A stretch of 7,064 nt of DNA from Candidatus Iainarchaeum sp. Lineage in GTDB: Archaea; Iainarchaeota; Iainarchaeia; Iainarchaeales; CSSED10-239. A model generated the notes under the pieces. That model searched no databases, had not been told where the DNA came from, and saw nothing but the letters and a program-made list of their open reading frames with translations. The position numbers and the translations under genes are program-made. The stretch is from the NCBI GenBank assembly GCA_028700905.1, contig JAQVRT010000037.1, positions 1 through 7,064 of the forward strand, read 5' to 3'. Shown in pieces: positions 5,849 to 7,064 of the stretch; position 1 is the stretch's first letter, and each line of letters opens with the position of its first letter.

Positions 5849-6799
5849 ATGCCAACTTTAAAAAATAAAAATAAACCTTTAAAAGGAACTTTAACACAAG
5901 GAAGATATAGAGAAAAGTTACCTTTAAAAAAACCAGTTAATTTTAAAAAAATGAAATCTCCTGGTGAGTTGTTTAAAGGTAAATTTTCCAAATCTGTTGT
6001 AAAGTATATTTATCAACTTTATCTTGGAAAATTAAATTTAACTTCAAGATCAGGTATAAAAAAATATCCTTTTGCAACTAAACAAGAATTAACTAAATCT
6101 TTTGTTTCTCTTAAAAATAAACTTAAAGAAAAAAATATAGATATTTTTAATAATTCTGGTCAGAAATTACATTTTATTCTTCCTCTTTCAGGTATGAGTC
6201 CTGTAGGGTATTTTTATAAAGGAATTATTGAACAATTAATGCCTAAGGCAAGAATTACTTTTTTAAAAACTATTGAAAATCGCAGAAATGTTCCTGGCTA
6301 TGATTTAGTAAATCTTAAAAGGTCAATTAATAAATATGATGAATTATTTTGTGTGATTGATTATTTTGAAAAAGGTAGTACCTTAAGATTAATTGAAAAT
6401 AATTTAAAAGAAATTAACCCTAAGTTTGATTTAATTGGAGTTAATTCTCCAGAATCAAGGATAGATCTTGAATCTTATAATATTATTAATAATAATAAAA
6501 ATTTATTAGATATAATAGATTCTGAATACAATAAAAGTAATAAATTTATAAGTAAAAGTGCTTTTAGAGAGAAGATGTCACCTCAAAAACCTTTAACAAG
6601 ATCTTTTTATAAAGATATTGCTCAAATAAATACAAATAGATTAATAATTCCAAACTATCAAGCTTATAAAATAGAAGCTTTAGAAAAAGGATTTTTTAAT
6701 GAAAAAGTTTTTAATGCTTTAAAAGAAATGGATAAAGCTCAAAAATACACCTATTATTATCTAGGACAAAAATTTATTAGTAATGTTTTTAAAAAATAA
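5849..6799 (+). CDS. Hypothetical protein, 316 aa, with a divergent type I phosphoribosyltransferase (PRT)-like core flanked by basic N- and C-terminal extensions
   Basis: Complete ORF from ATG to TAA, starting 12 nt after the upstream stop. ELFCVIDYFEKGSTLRLIENNLKEINPKFDLIGV (starting at nt 6341) aligns by eye with the PRPP-binding motif plus following helix and strand of type I PRTs, e.g. the E. coli Hpt-type 'VLIVEDIIDSGNTL...'. About 57 residues upstream, KLHFILPLSGMSPVGYFYKGIIEQL (nt 6164..) resembles the first strand-loop-helix (hhhhG..RGG...A..L). The spacing between the two elements is typical of PRTs. The first acidic residue of the acidic pair is lost (ID rather than D/E-D). Confidence 0.7.
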   Translation: MPTLKNKNKPLKGTLTQGRYREKLPLKKPVNFKKMKSPGELFKGKFSKSVVKYIYQLYLGKLNLTSRSGIKKYPFATKQELTKSFVSLKNKLKEKNIDIFNNSGQKLHFILPLSGMSPVGYFYKGIIEQLMPKARITFLKTIENRRNVPGYDLVNLKRSINKYDELFCVIDYFEKGSTLRLIENNLKEINPKFDLIGVNSPESRIDLESYNIINNNKNLLDIIDSEYNKSNKFISKSAFREKMSPQKPLTRSFYKDIAQINTNRLIIPNYQAYKIEALEKGFFNEKVFNALKEMDKAQKYTYYYLGQKFISNVFKK

Positions 6800-6814
6800 A
6801 AAAATATTTTTATT

Positions 6815-7064
6815 ATGGACTTTAAAAAAATAAAAAACATAGCAATTTATTATTTCTCAGGAACTGGAAATACTTTATTTATTTCTGAGACTTATAATAA
6901 ATATTTTTTACTTAAAAGTAAATCAGTAGATTTAAGACCTATTGAAAAGATAGAAATTGTTTCAAGTCAAGGTAAATATGATATGCTTGTGATTGCTTTT
7001 CCTGTTCATGCTTTTAAGGCCCCTAAGTTAGTTGAAAAGTTTGTAAATAATCTTCCATCTTCAA
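6815..7064 (+). CDS. Flavodoxin-like protein (EFR1-type flavodoxin/ferredoxin family N-terminus), partial; continues past the right edge
   Basis: It is absent from the ORF track because it is truncated. My translation from the ATG at 6815 is MDFKKIKNIAIYYFSGTGNTLFISETYNKYFLLKSKSVDLRPIEKIEIVSSQGKYDMLVIAFPVHAFKAPKLVEKFVNNLPSS, with no stops to the end of the window. YFSGTGNT is the classic flavodoxin-fold phosphate (FMN)-binding loop. 'YDxLVIxFPVHAFxxPxxVxxF' is typical of the second strand region of these short flavodoxin-like modules. It starts 15 nt after the upstream stop. Confidence 0.75.
   Translation, partial: MDFKKIKNIAIYYFSGTGNTLFISETYNKYFLLKSKSVDLRPIEKIEIVSSQGKYDMLVIAFPVHAFKAPKLVEKFVNNLPSS

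Noticed and set aside
5441-5991. Minus-strand ORFs 5441..5698, 5503..5733 and 5746..5991
   Set aside because: They are antisense to the two plus-strand CDSs and overlap each other. Their Phe/Leu-rich composition is typical of the complement of AAA/AAG-rich coding sequence. They show no recognisable domains.
1-7064. Alternative genetic code or stop-codon reassignment
   Set aside because: All complete genes translate as long uninterrupted ORFs with the standard code. They terminate at TAA (four genes) or TAG (two genes). Conserved motifs in L44e, Fic and XPD are intact, so nothing requires recoding. The single in-frame TAA at 5834 is treated separately as a low-interest finding.
1-7064. Mobile element, prophage or integron content
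   Set aside because: No integrase, transposase or recombinase-like ORF is present. I saw no long terminal inverted repeats and no tRNA attachment site. The composition looks uniform across the window.

Overview
This is a very AT-rich, densely coding window, by eye roughly three-quarters A+T. The proteins are lysine/isoleucine/asparagine-rich. Two markers indicate an archaeal host: a zinc-ribbon ribosomal protein L44e/eL42, and an XPD/Rad3-type Fe-S superfamily-2 helicase. The divergence and AT bias suggest a small-genome, DPANN-like archaeon, but that is inference only.

I support eight protein-coding genes:
- the 5' end of a membrane protein (minus strand, runs off the left edge)
- a 146-aa basic hypothetical protein
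- rpl44e
- a wHTH-Fic (AMPylase-family) protein carrying both an intramolecular inhibitory motif and a non-canonical Fic motif
- an XPD helicase, convergent with the Fic gene
- a co-directional cluster of three tightly spaced genes that runs off the right edge

The three-gene cluster is the part most worth follow-up. It encodes a 321-aa protein built around three almost identical in-frame 99-bp tandem repeats, whose 33-aa helical units resemble mTERF or helix-hairpin-helix motifs. Next is a 316-aa protein whose core reads like a divergent type I phosphoribosyltransferase (PRT) fold. Last is the N-terminus of a flavodoxin-like (YFSGTGNT) protein. The first two ORFs share a reading frame and are separated by a single TAA plus four codons.

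I see no rRNA, tRNA, CRISPR array, transposase or integrase. All homology statements come from motif recognition by eye. No database search or HMM was run.
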